From positions 1,984,001 to 2,048,000 of the forward strand of contig NC_043014.1 in the NCBI RefSeq assembly GCF_006345805.1: a stretch of 64,000 nucleotides of DNA. Reading direction: 5' to 3'. This document shows positions 38,946-51,597 of the stretch, one piece after another; position 1 is the stretch's first letter; each line of letters starts with the position of its first letter. Made by a program: the position numbers and the translations under genes. This DNA comes from Octopus sinensis. Lineage: Eukaryota. The notes beneath the pieces are model-generated. The model had not been told where the DNA came from and ran no database searches. It worked only from the letters and a program-made list of their open reading frames with translations.

Positions 38946-40019
38946 AGTAGTAGTAGTAGTAGTACTCACACGCAAAGAGAACGTAGCATGTAACCAGCAA
39001 CATAAAGTTAGCATTTTTAAAAAGTTCCACGCCAATTATTTCAAAACATCGCTTCAGGATTAAACTTCCGTCGATTTTCTGTTTCTCTGGAATCGATTCG
39101 TTCTTCATACCATTTTCTTCAGCTGCCAAAAGACTTTTCTGAAATTTGAAACAGAGATCATCGATAAATATTCTTTTCTACTTTAGGTACAAGGCCCAAA
39201 ATTTTGGGGGTGGGGCCAATCCATTACATCGATTCCAGTACGCAACTGGTACTTAATTTATGGACCCCGAAATGATGAAAGGCAAAGCGGACTTTGGTGG
39301 GTTGTGAACTCAGAACGTAAAGCCAGAGGAAATACCACTAAGCATTTCGCCCGGTGTGCTAACGTTTCTTACTTCTTTATTGCCCACAAGGGGCTAAACA
39401 TAGAGGGGACAAACAAGGACAGACAAAGGGATTAAGTTGATTACATCGACCCCAATGCGTAACTGGTACTTATTTAATCGACCCCGAAAGGATGAAAGGC
39501 AAAGTTGACCTCAGCGGAATTTGAAGTCAGAACGTAACGGCAGACGAAATACCTATTTCTTTACTACCCACAAGGGGCTAAACACAGAGAGGACAAACAA
39601 GGACAGACAAACGGGTTAAGTCAATTATACTGACCCCAGTGCGTAAGTGGTACTTAATTTATCGACCCCGAAAGGATGAAAGGCAAAGTTGACCTCGACG
39701 GAATTTGAACTCAGAACATAACGGCAGACAAAATACTGCTAAGCATTTCGCCCGGCGTGCTAACGGTTCTGCCAGCTCGCCGCCTTAATCTTCGATAAAT
39801 ATTCTTTTCTTCTCTAGGTTCAAGGCCCGAAGTTTTTGGGGAGGGGCCCAGTCGATTACATCGACCCCAGTACGCAACGTTTCTACCAACTCACTGCCTT
39901 AATCTTCGATAAATATTGAAATATATATTATTTTATATATAACAATCCATTTATGTTAATGTCTATCCGTTATGTTAATGTTAATAGCAGAACCGTTTTT
40001 CTTGGACCTCAAGAGACTA

Positions 40020-40071
<52 letters not shown>

Positions 40072-40377
40072 CAATAAGAGCCTTCCAAATAAGGAAGTGT
40101 TGTGCTAGAACACAAAAAAGGATAAATTCATGAAATATATTTTGTTTGCTGAAAATAGTTAGAAACCGTCGGTCTGGGATATAGTTGAGATGGTAAATAT
40201 TTTTAAATTTCATTCCTTTCATGAATTTATCCCTTTTTGTGTTCTAGCACAACGCTTCCTTATTTGAAAACCTCTTATTGTATATATATATGAATAATAT
40301 ATAGTATAATGACTAATTCGTCTTTTGTGCTAGGCCACTGGTAATAATAATTTATTATTATTACCCTATTTTATTAT

Positions 40378-40411
<34 letters not shown>

Positions 40412-42284
40412 GGAGTTAAACGCAGGTGCTATTCAAATTCTTTTACTTCCGACACATGTTTCGAAGATATCATTGGTATTATTCTAAATGAATAAAATGG
40501 TGTAAAACAATGTAATCTTCTCTATGTATCTGTACTGGTAATAATGTGTTTATTATATTATCAACAGGTCTGCACTGATATTTGTGTACCTAGATTTCTA
40601 CATATGTTTCCATAATGATATATGCGCTTATCCTGGTATTATTCGTGTGGTTATATTTATTGTTGTGTGTGTCTGTACGTAGCTGCATAAGTAATTGATG
40701 TGGTTTTGTATTGAAATACTTATTGCTAAGTCTAAGCATTTTACGTTGGAGCATATGAATGTTTTTATTTCTATGCGGTTAACAAACTTGTAAATATTCT
40801 CTGTCTCACCGTATTCTCATTGTCAATGATTTCACCATTTGTCTCCTTCGGTAGCTTCTTCTCAACAGCGTTCCTCGCAGAATGGGGACTTGTCCCATCT
40901 GTTAAGGTTGAAATATTTATATAAATTCTTGAGAAAAGATTAAGTTCTGTATTAATGTGAAGCGAAGCAAAGCTTAATATAGTTGGTAGATTAAAATATC
41001 TATCCCCTACACATCACGCATTACATGTAACTTCATTCGTTTTAATTAATTTATTTTTAATTAATGAATCCAACCAAAATGGTTCTTAAATTTGACAGAA
41101 ATGGGGAGGCTAATTCGCTGGTGTAAAGGTAACATACTTAATCGCAATAACAAAGGAGAGTGGGTTCGATTCCCACGCGGATGGGAAAGCCTTCTTCATT
41201 TTTCTATCGAGGGCTTATATGCCCTTTTATCAGACTGTTTTCCTTAGTCCTTGCACAGTGATCGGCATAAACTTTAAGCTAATACAAAAATACTATTATT
41301 ATTATTTACAGGATTGCAAACACTGCGTATATAAACATTCATTCACACGTATATATATATATATATATATGTGTGTATATATGTATTTGTACACACACAC
41401 AGGCATGCATACCCACAGGCAGGCAAACAGATACAATACGTAAACATCATCTGTGCACAGAGAGAGAAAGGCATATAACATAAATATATTTTGCAATGCA
41501 CGTGGAATGCGGGCTCATAATATATTGGGTAAACAAACGTCAGAGAAAGAGCGGGTACTCACCCGACTACGCGGTATCTTATAAACTAGTATCTATAGTT
41601 TTAATCGCATACGAAATTTTGTAAAGTAGGCTTATTTTCATATTTCTCAATGCTCCTAGAACATTACGATTAGATGTTTGTACATATACGAGAGGTTGCT
41701 GAAAACTACCGTGTTTTGAGGGCATTGCGAAATGCTTGGCTGGGGGCCCAACCTTTCAAGTTCTTTTACAGGGCTTAGAAAAACTGAAGGACCGCTGCAA
41801 TAAGTGTGTGAATCTGAGAAAGGAATATGTTGAATAAAATCATAATTAACTGATCCTCCTGTATTTTCTTTTATCCAAAGCCAGGAACTTTTCAGTACCC
41901 ACTCGTATGTGTGTGTTTGTTTGTTTGTGTGTGTGTATGTATGTGTATATATATGTGTGTGTTTGTCTGTGTGTGTACGTACGCGTATGTTGATATATCT
42001 GTATCTATTAGGCTGGTGCATAATTATTGCGGCTTTTTTTTCAGTAAATATTTTTTCAACAAAAACAATAACAACATTTAGCAAAAACATCTTTAAATGA
42101 TTATTCCGGAGCATATTCACCATCTACTTCAATTTCTACTTGGCGTTTTGTTTAAATTTTTTTGTTGAATAAAATTTATTGAAAAAAAGCCGCAATAATT
42201 ATGCACCAACCTAAAATATATTTATACGTATTGTGTAAAAAAACTAGTATAAGAGGAATGAGATTTTGTGCTTAAGCTGTCCTA

Positions 42285-42329
<45 letters not shown>

Positions 42330-44440
42330 CTGTTCCCCACCATTTCATTTGACACCGGGTGTTGCTCTGTTAAAACTCCCATAACTTAGCAGTTGAACAA
42401 AATAGGCTGATAAGATAAGAGACGTAAAGAAAAAAAACACATTAGAATTGGGGTCAATGATTTCTTATTTCTTTATTGCCCACAAGGGGCTAAACATAGC
42501 GGGGACAAACAAGGACAGACAAAGAACAAACAAGGACAGACAAAGGACAAACAAGGACAGACAAAGGGATTAAGTCGATCAGATCGACCCCAGTGCGTAA
42601 CTGGTACTTAATTTATCGACCCCGGAAGGATGAAAGGCAAAGTCGACCTCGGCGGAAGTTGAACTTAGAACGTAACGGCAGACAAAATACCTATTTCTTT
42701 ACTACCCACAAGAGGCTAAACACAGGGAGGACAAACAAGGACAGACAAACGGATTAAGTCGATTATATCAACCCCAGTGCGTAACTGGTACTTATTTAAT
42801 CGACCCCGAAAGGATGAAAGGCAAAGTCGACCTCGGCGGAATTTGAACTCAGAACGTAGCGGCAGACGAAATACCGCAAAGCATTTCGCCCAGCGTGCTA
42901 ACGTTTCTGCCAGCTCACCGACAGACGAAATACCGCTAGGCATTTCGCCCGGCGTGCTAACCTGGGGTCAATGATTTCTATTAACACCCTGCAGGCGGTA
43001 CCACAACCTGGCCGCAGCCACGTTACTGAAAGAAATAAAATTAAAAATAAAACATCACTTACGTGTATATTCTGCCTTCGCACCATCTTTGAAGGGATTC
43101 TTCAAAGGTCGGCAGAGCGCCCCAAAAACAATGACATTCAGAAGCAAACCGGATATGATGAGCAAGGTGCCTCTCAGTCCGTAAAAGTCTAAGAGATAGT
43201 CAACAAATATGCCTGCCGTCATTGTACCTAATCCGCCCCCGCAATTGGTAATTCCTATTGCTGTGGCACGTTTCTTATCAAAGTAGAGTCCTGTGATAAT
43301 CTGGCAGGTGAAATAAGATATTCCAAGGGATACACCTGCAAAGGAATGGAATATTTCATGTTTTAAGGTTCAGTTTTAGAAGATAGTCATTACATTTGTT
43401 TTACCATAAAATCCAACACCAAAGAGCTGTGTTCTATCATAAAAGCCAACGCTATAGGCGCAGGAGTTGCTGTGTGGTAAGTAGCTTGCTAACCAACCAC
43501 ATGGTTCCGGGTTCAGTCCCACTGCGTGGCATCTTGGGCAAGTGTCTTCTGCTATAGCCTCGGGCCGACCAATGCCTTGTGAGTGGATTTGGTAGACGGA
43601 AACTGAAAGAAGCCTGTCGTATATATGTATATATATATATGTGTGTGTATGTGTGTGTGTTTGTGTGTGTGTTTGTCCCCCTAGCATTGCTTGACAACCG
43701 ATGCTGGTGTGTTTATGTCCCCGTTACTTAGCGGTTCGGCAAAAAGAGGCCGATAGGATAAGTACTGGGCTTACAAAGAATAAGTCCCGGGGTCGATTTG
43801 CTCGACTAAAGGCGGTGCTCGAGCATGGCCGCAGTCAAATGACTGAAACAAGTAAAAGAGTAAAAGAGTAAAGAGCTAAAGATACTGATTTGCTAAACTC
43901 TGAGCTCTCTTTGACCCTGTTTTGCTTGTTAGCAATTTAGAGAAAGCAGCGTTTCAAGACATATAATCTTCTGGACGGTTGTTGGCAGCACACCATTCTT
44001 GATATAGTTCCTTGGTGATGTTCTTTTATCTCTTTTCTTTTACTTGTTTCAGTTATTAGACTGTGGCCATGCTGGGGCACCACCTTGAAGAATTTGTAGT
44101 CGAATGAATCGACCACAGTACTAAATTTTTTAGCCCTGGTTCTTATTCTGTCTGTGACTTTTACCCCCAGCGCTACGTTACGGGGGCATAAACACACAAA
44201 CACCGGTTGTCAGGCGGTGATAGGGACAAACACACATATAAAGACACACACACATACACACACACATATGGATCAAAACAATTTGAGTCAAATCCGTTGG
44301 TACTCTGAGAGTTTCAAGTGTGATGCTCACTTCCCAACCACATGGTTCCGCGTTCAGTCCCACTGCATGGCACATTGGTCAAGTGTCTTCTACTATAGCC
44401 TCGGCCAAATTCTTGTGAGTAGATTTGATAGAAGCCCGTA

Positions 44441-44478
<38 letters not shown>

Positions 44479-47329
44479 TATATAATAACAAAGGGTAAAA
44501 TTAATTAAGAAGTAATCAGTAATTTCACCAAGTAGAATTCGGCATGAAAAAGACCATTTCATGGTAAGCTTAAGTAATACTTTATAATTAGGGTTCAGCA
44601 ACGATTTGCTTCACCACATACCGAAGTTTAGAAATAGCATTAAAAAGTCTTAGTTATTCCTTCTAGAAGGAATAGCTAAGATTTTTTGAAGCAAATCGTT
44701 GCTGAACCCTAATTATAAAGTATATATATAATATATATATATAATAACAAAGGGTAAAATTAATTAAGAAGTAATCAGTAATTTCACCAAGTAGAATTCG
44801 GCATGAAGAGACCATTTCATGGTAAGCTTAAGTAATACTTTATAATTAGGGTTCAGCAACGATTTGCTTCACCACATACCGAAGTTTAGAAATAGCATTA
44901 AAAAGTCTTAGTTATTCCTTCTAGAAGGAATAGCTAAGATTTTTTGAAGCAAATCGTTGCTGAACCCTAATTATAAAGTATATATATATATATATACACA
45001 CGTACATGTATGTATATATTTGTGTCTGTGCTTGTCCCCCCACCATCGCTTGACAACCGATGTCGGTGTGCTTATGTCCTCGTTACTTATCGGTTCGGCA
45101 AAAGAGACCAATAGAATAAGTGCTAGGCTTACATATTTTCAGGGTCTTTATGAGCTTCACGTGTTTTTACTGCACAGATTACGGGCAGGGGCAGATCCAG
45201 CCTGGCACAATCCTCAGCGCAGCTGTGACCTTCTCGATAAACATGTGTCTCTCAAGCTTTTCTTTCCTCTTCGTTACTTTATTGCAAGTTTACTTTTTGT
45301 TTCACATATCTTGTGACATTTTACGAAATAGGATACGACATAAAATGCGATGTCTTACCTGACATAAAACCATATGTAACTATCAACATATCAATATTTG
45401 TAGAAAATGCTCCTAATACGGCACCCGTAAACCCAAGAAGACCTGCAAATATCAGAACTGTCCGATGATTGAAGTAGTTCAACAATATACTGGCAACTGG
45501 AGCTGAAAGTACAAAGCGATAAAGAACAATCAGTAGGGCCGAGTGGGTCAGGTGATTCTTGTTGGCAATTTTTGGGGTTCGAATCTTACTGATGTAATTC
45601 ATTGTTAACTCATGGGTCGTTTGCTTTGAACGAAAACATAAACAAGAAATGATGTTTTTTTTTCAATTATCTGAAATGACATGGAATGGTTGGAAGCACT
45701 CCGTCGGTTACGACGACGAGGGTTCCGGTTGATCCGATCAACGGAACAGCCTGCTCGTGAAATTAACGTGTAAGTGGCTGAGCACTCCACAGACACGTGC
45801 ACCCTTAACGTAGTTCTCGGGGATATTCAGCGTGACACAGAGAGTGACAAGGCCGGCCCTTTGAAATACAGGTACAACAGAAACAGGAAGTAATAGTGAG
45901 AGAAAGTTGTGGTGAAAGAGTACAGCAGGGATCACCACCATCCCTGCCGGAGCCTCGTGGAGCTTTAGGTATTTTCGCTCAATAAACACTCACAACGCCC
46001 GGTCTGGGAATCGAAACCGCGATCCTACGACCGCGAGTCCGCTGCCCTAACCACTGGGCCATTGCGCCTCCACGTGAAATGACATATTTATTAATTGAAT
46101 TCAGAAGATAAATGCAGGTTTTGTCATATGGTTAAAACGTTCATATCGCAAAAAAAAATCGTTTTGGGACACGAATCTTACAATGTGGCACATTAGACAG
46201 GTGTCTCCTTCTATAAACCCGATAGGATTGCAAGTGAAATTTGGTAGGAACAGTAATAATAATATATAAGTGGCCAGCAAGCATAAAAGCCAAAAAGGTA
46301 AATTTATAAATTTATAATTAAGGGCACAAGACAGTTGCAGAGTTGCAAGAAAAGAGTCGAAAACTCCTCAAATAATCCATAATAGGCGCAGGAGTGGCTG
46401 TGTGGTAAGTACCTTGTCTACCACCCACATGGTTCCGGGTTCAGTCCCACTGTGTTGCACCCTGGGCAAGTGTCTTCTACTATAGCCTCGGGCCGACCAA
46501 AGCCTTGTGAGTGGATTTGGTAGACGGAAACTGAAAGAAGCCCGTCCTATATATGTATATATATATATATGTATGCGTGTGTGTGTTTGTGTGTCTGTGT
46601 TTGTTCCCTAGCATTGCTTGACAACCGATGCTGGTGTGTTTATGTCCCCGCTACTTAGCGGTTCGGCAAAAGAGACCGATAGAATAAATACTGGGCTTAC
46701 AAAAGAATAAGTCCCGGTGTCGAGTTGTCGATTAAAAGGCGGTGCTCCAGCATGGCCGCAGTCAAATGACTGAAAAAAGTAAAAGAGTAAAAAGAGTAAA
46801 TATCACAAGCATGAGGAAGCGAGTATTAGTTTAATCCTAGGCAGCGAGACCTACAGATGAGAACTAAGAGGGATTTCTCAAAGTTCGAAATCACGTGACA
46901 TTGGTATATCTGCTAATTCATTTGCGCCTTTTCCCCGCAATGGTAGGGTTGGCTTTTTACTCGCTCCTCGATTTTTGTCAGTTTCTTGCATTTTCAATGA
47001 TATTGTGGCTTATTTCAGTATTTTTCGACTTGACGGAAAAGATGCGGTTTGAAAACAGAGGAGTGGAGACTTCACTTACCTGCCAGCATGCTCAGTCCGA
47101 CGAGTAGAGCTCCAATCAATGATAACTTCGAAACCGGGTCATCAAAAACTCTTCTGAGGCCAATAAGCAATATTCCAACAGAATTTGACAAACAAACCAC
47201 TATGAAACAGATGGAGGCTGCGGCAAAACACACGACCCACCCCCAACCGCCATCACGTGCCGTTGCTTGTTTTTGGTATCTTTCTACATCTTTGACAGAT
47301 GTTTCAGACTTTGTTGACTGTGAAACCAT
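33524..47329 (-). CDS. Gene B: SLC16 / monocarboxylate-transporter family MFS transporter, 8 coding exons, 494 aa
   Basis: Exons (transcript order) 47329-47080, 45502-45359, 43335-43063, 40898-40810, 39138-38970, 37508-37236, 36024-35899, 33684-33524. All GT-AG; total 1485 nt, open to TAA. Motifs DGGWGWVVC, YFDKKRATAIG, LLNVIVFGALCRP, IFDTTKSF. Exons 1, 2, 3, 6 and 7 have the same lengths as in gene A (250, 144, 273, 273, 126). Confidence 0.92.
34520..34892 (-). mobile_element. SINE family C dimer (gene B intron 7)
   Basis: Two tandem units of about 180 bp. Confidence 0.8.
35381..35780 (+). mobile_element. SINE family C dimer (gene B intron 7), inverted relative to 34520-34892
   Basis: Head AAGGCAGCGAGCTGGCAGAA and two core units. 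Confidence 0.8.
37639..37905. repeat. About 105-bp inverted repeat (foldback), gene B intron 5
   Basis: Arms 37639-37743 and 37801-37905. The spacer is homologous to that of 40070-40282. Confidence 0.85.
37945..38490 (+). mobile_element. Penelope-like element reverse transcriptase remnant (gene B intron 5)
   Basis: FYKQVSGVAMGRRMGPNYANLLVG...RYIDN...SYLDISV...SSSHPKHTKLSIPYSQFLRLRRLCS matches the PLE RT and thumb motifs (catalytic YIDD is YIDN here). Confidence 0.85.
39173..39905 (-). mobile_element. SINE family C trimer plus a deleted monomer (gene B intron 4)
   Basis: Three core units. TCGATAAATATT recurs at 39161, 39792 and 39906. Confidence 0.8.
40070..40282. repeat. About 66-bp inverted repeat (foldback) in (TA)n, gene B intron 4
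   Basis: Arms 40070-40135 and 40217-40282. Confidence 0.85.
41687..41907 (+). mobile_element. Internally deleted mariner (MITE)
   Basis: Ends TACGAGAGGTTGCTGAAAA and TTTTCAGTACCCACTCGTA are imperfect TIRs. The interior encodes GLEKLKDRCNKCVNLRKEYVE*, a mariner C-terminus. Confidence 0.65.
42005..42216. mobile_element. Mariner-derived MITE, copy 2 (gene B intron 3)
   Basis: TATTAGGCTGGTGCATAATTATTGCGG ... CCGCAATAATTATGCACCAACCTAA, with the same interior as copy 1. Confidence 0.75.
42466..42962 (-). mobile_element. SINE family C dimer with a 17-bp TSD (gene B intron 3)
   Basis: TGGGGTCAATGATTTCT at 42449-42465 and 42963-42979. Other family C pieces lie near 26480, 31982, 51612, 57985 and 59570. 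Confidence 0.8.
43453..43875 (+). mobile_element. SINE family B, full length (gene B intron 2)
   Basis: Same head, core and tail. An inverted tail fragment lies at about 44035-44260. Confidence 0.85.
44482..44978. repeat. Tandem duplication of a 259-bp unit with nested inverted repeats
   Basis: Units start at 44482 and 44741. Unit 1 has a perfect 36-bp IR (44577-44612 / 44688-44723) around a TCTTAGTTATTCCTTCT-AGAAGGAATAGCTAAGA near-palindrome, and unit 2 repeats this. Confidence 0.85.
45683..46074 (-). mobile_element. tRNA-derived SINE, family A, with an 11-bp TSD (gene B intron 1)
   Basis: TSD TGAAATGACAT at 45672-45682 and 46075-46085. Fragments of the family also occur near 6480-6577 and 34143-34440. 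Confidence 0.9.
46382..46799 (+). mobile_element. SINE family B, full length (gene B intron 1)
   Basis: Same head, core and tail. Confidence 0.85.
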
Positions 47330-47614
47330 TTTGCGAATAAATTTGCTGAAAATATTTAAGAAGAAACAAGATATATTTTGCGTTTATGCTCAACCAAATG
47401 TCTGGGTATTTATTCAGAAGTTGTGAAATATATGACGATTTAGGTAGCGCTGCAAAGGAGACTCTTAAGTTATATATTTCACGAAAGTTAAATCTGACTC
47501 CAGAAACATAAAGGGGACACTCGTATATTATACAGATTGATAGATACATGCATACATAGACAGAAAGGCAAGCGAAAAGACAGATAGGTACACAGACAGG
47601 CAGACAAATTGGTA

Positions 47615-47625
47615 GGTAGATAGAC

Positions 47626-47661
<36 letters not shown>

Positions 47662-47743
47662 TGATAGATAGATAGAAAGATAGAGAGATACATCGACAGA
47701 CAGATAGATAGAGATAGATAGATAGAGATAGATAGATAGATAG

Positions 47744-47819
<76 letters not shown>

Positions 47820-47907
47820 GGATAGATAGATAAATATAGATAGATAGATAAATTGATAGATGGATAGATAGATAAATATAGATAGTTAGATAGATAGATT
47901 GATAGAT

Positions 47908-47939
<32 letters not shown>

Positions 47940-48160
47940 GGATGGATGGATAGATAGATAGATAGATAGATGGGTAGATAGATAAATATAGATATATAGA
48001 TAGATTGATAGATAGAAATATAGATAAATAGATGGATGGATGGATAGATAGATAGATAGATAGATAAATATAGATAGATTGATAGATAGCTAGAAAGATA
48101 GAGAGATACATCGACAGACAGAGAGATAGAGAGATAGAGATAGAGATAGACTGGTGGATA
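47615..48160. repeat. (GATA)n microsatellite array
   Basis: Seen directly. Further (GA)/(GATA)/(CATA) arrays at about 49890-50300 and (TA)n at 49540-49770. Confidence 0.95.
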
Positions 48161-48473
48161 GATATATAGATGAACAAAGATACAGAGATAGGCAGGCAGA
48201 CAGACACACAAAAAGATGGACGAACTGGATCAGAGGGTCTCAACCATTTTTTTTTACCCGTGGACTCCTTTGAATCCTATTTTATTCCTGTCGACGCCAC
48301 CCCCCTATACACCCACTCGATGTTTTAAAAATCCTATGTATTATAGTTAGATATTATTAGGGCTTGAATGATTATGTACCCTACACGAGTGACCGATTTC
48401 TTGCGCATAAACTTTAACAACGAACTAAATTCTATGGAGAATGAATGTTTGCAAGTGAAACGAGTCATAAATA

Positions 48474-48960
48474 TACGAGGACATATTTGTTAAAAGAAGA
48501 TAGTGAGTTAGTGTTACTTCCAGGTGGTCATGAGATGTGCTAAAAATAACAGTTATATCGCCTTTGAATCATACGCAAATTTTATCTTTCCTAATCGTAT
48601 GAATTCTCATGTGTAGAAGATAAATTTATAAAAATTTATCTTCTACATATGGAGAGGAGTGTATGAGCTGCACACAAGTGTACGAGTGGTTCAAACGTTT
48701 CCAAAATGGCCGAAAAATGTCAATGCTGACGAACGTTCTGGGTGATCTAGAACCAGCAGAACTGAGAAAAACATTGCAGATGCGAGTGCAGCTGTGAGGG
48801 AAAATCGTCGAATCACCATCCGTGAGTTATCAGAGGATGTGCAGATTAGTTACGGTTCAGTTCAGTTCAGTTCATTATCACGGAAGATTTGGGTATGAGA
48901 CGCGTGTCTGCCAAGTTTGTGCCAAAAACTGCTTTCAGCTGACCAAAAGATATTTTTGAT
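48474..48960 (+). mobile_element. Mariner transposase 5' remnant
   Basis: Frameshifted peptide YGEECMSCTQVYEWFKRF...RENRRITIRELSEDVQISYGSVQ...LGMRRVSAKFVPK, the HTH region of mariner transposases. Starts with a TACGAGG TIR-like end. Confidence 0.7.
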
Positions 48961-49420
48961 TGTGTCGAGAACGAGGAAAACTTTTTGAAAATCTTGCGCA
49001 GGCCTCTGAGCAGGCATCGCCAAGATTTTGGTAAAATTTGATGCAAATTCTCTGCTTAACTTTCTCTGTCATGGTCAATTCGACGATCCCACGCTACACA
49101 CCTTCCTACCAAGCGCTGCTGTAAACAGCGGAAGTGAGTTACAACGTTAAAACTTAAAGCACAGCAGAGTTCAAGGCCAATCTGTGCCAAACGGCTTAAC
49201 TCTCCGTGCTCTAGTTTCATTACTATGGCAACATTACTATGGCAACAGCCAGGATACCTATTGATCAATAAATATGCATACAAACACACGCACGCGCACA
49301 CACATACACACTTAAACATACACACACACGTGCATTTATATATAGCTGTATTGTACTATGGTCTTTTATAAATATTTTCTGAGGAGCAATGAACCGTGTG
49401 CTTTGATACCAACGCTTGTA

Positions 49421-49457
<37 letters not shown>

Positions 49458-49552
49458 ATTTTTTCCCATCTCACACTGCGCGTCTGCATAATACATTCAC
49501 TGTGCACAGCTTTTTGACTTTTGTTTTGCTTCCATCTTTATTTGCATATATA

Positions 49553-49608
<56 letters not shown>

Positions 49609-49639
49609 GTATTATATATATATAATATATAATATATAT

Positions 49640-49674
<35 letters not shown>

Positions 49675-49707
49675 ATATATATTATATATATATATTATAT
49701 ATATATA

Positions 49708-49771
<64 letters not shown>

Positions 49772-49888
49772 TAATAGACTTTCCACTTCCCGAGCGTTAA
49801 ACTAATCCGTTTTTTGTTTTGCATTTGTATGTAAGTTCCAACTAACACAACCACCACACACACACACACACAACACATACATATATAT

Positions 49889-49934
<46 letters not shown>

Positions 49935-49983
49935 AAGACTGCGAGAGAGAAACAGACAGATAGACAGACAGACAGACAGGCAT

Positions 49984-50046
<63 letters not shown>

Positions 50047-50112
50047 CATACATACATACATACATATATACATACATACATACATACATACATACATACA
50101 TACATACATACA

Positions 50113-50144
<32 letters not shown>

Positions 50145-50255
50145 GACAGCCGGTCAGATAGATTGATGGAAAGATAGATTTCGGACAGAACAAAGTAGGT
50201 ATAGATATAATAATAGATAGATAAATTGATAGATAGATGGATAGGTAGATAGATT

Positions 50256-50319
<64 letters not shown>

Positions 50320-50839
50320 CATGAGGGATCGCGTAACGGGGGGAAATTGGTTGTGGTTAGGGTGCTTTTCAAAGTAAGAAAAAATATCAGAGAAATGTTT
50401 AATTTTAAAATTAGCACAAATCGGGGACTGAATTAACATTAAAATTCAAACAAAGTCGATCAACTGTCCTCGGCAGCGGCCAAGGCTTATATAAAAAAAA
50501 AAAATGGGGGTAAAAAGGGATGAGTGATATTTAATTCTGTTTTGTCCAAAGTACGGAATATACATTTTTATGATGTTGTAATGAGGACGTCATTGTAACT
50601 GACCTACTTTTCAATAACTGGTCACAAAGGCAAACTACCAACAAACCACTACGGATTCCAAAATTCTTCGAAAAAAAAAAATTCTACGCAGTAATTCTTG
50701 TGACTACTGTACAACATCAACAACAACAACAACGACAACAACAATAGCAACACGAACGGCAACAATAATATTGGGAATAACCTCTACTTAGCTGTGTTCT
50801 TTGTGACCTTCTGACTGCTTGCCCCTACCCCATCGCTTT

Positions 50840-51277
50840 GGCTGTGTGATAAGTAGCTTGCTAACCAGCCACATGGTTCCGGGTTCAGTCCCACTGCGTG
50901 GCACCTTGGGCAAGTGTTTTCTGCTATAGCCCCGGGCCGACCAATGCCTTGTGAGTGGATTTGGTAGACGGAAACTGAAAGAAGCCTGTCGTATATATAT
51001 ATATATATATATATATAAGTGTGTGTGTGTGTATATGTTTGTGTGTATATGTTTGTGTGTCTGTGTTTGTCCCCCTAGCATTGCTTGACAACTGATGCTG
51101 GTGTGTGTTTATGTCCCCGTTACTTAGCGGTTCGGCAGAAAGAGACCGATAGAATAAGTACTGGGCTTACAAAAAGAATAAGTCCCGGGTTCGAGTTGCT
51201 CGATTAAAGGCGGTGCTCCAGCATGGCCGCAGTCAAATGACTGAAACAAGTAAAAGAGTTCAAAAGAGAGTAAAGAG
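50840..51277 (+). mobile_element. SINE family B flanked by a long direct repeat
   Basis: Slightly 5'-truncated copy. Flanks 50690-50839 and 51278-51398 are homologous. Confidence 0.85.
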
Positions 51278-51565
51278 AGTAATTCTTGTGACTACTATAC
51301 AACTGCAACAACAACGACAACAACAATAATATTGGGAATAACCTCTACTTAGCTGTGTCCTTTGTGACCTTCTGACTGCCTGTCCCCCCTATCGCTTTCT
51401 CTTCGGGTATTATATCGGCTTACTTAACAACACTATTGTCGTCATCACCGCCGTGTGTCATCACCAACGCGCCTCTACCGCCACCGCGCCACCACAGCAG
51501 CCGCCGCCTCACCACCGTCATCAATACCTTATCTTGTTCTGCTGCTACTATCGCTTGTACTACTA

Positions 51566-51597
<32 letters not shown>

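Noticed and set aside
38900-38963. Trinucleotide repeats directly after the exon 5 donor in both A (TAA) and B (TAC)
   Set aside because: The motifs differ and microsatellite density is very high, so coincidence is sufficient.
39173-39905. Regularly spaced repeats superficially like a CRISPR array
   Set aside because: The units are about 180 bp, the spacers are also repeated, the sequence is a dispersed SINE, and the context is eukaryotic with no cas genes.
41115-41190. tRNA-like segment with A and B boxes (TGGTGTAAAGG ... GGTTCGATTCC)
   Set aside because: No acceptor or anticodon stem can be formed; it is best read as a decayed SINE head. The same applies to heads near 5440-5520 and 31870-31970.
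47049-47426. 125-aa plus-strand ORF
   Set aside because: It is the antisense shadow of gene B exon 1.
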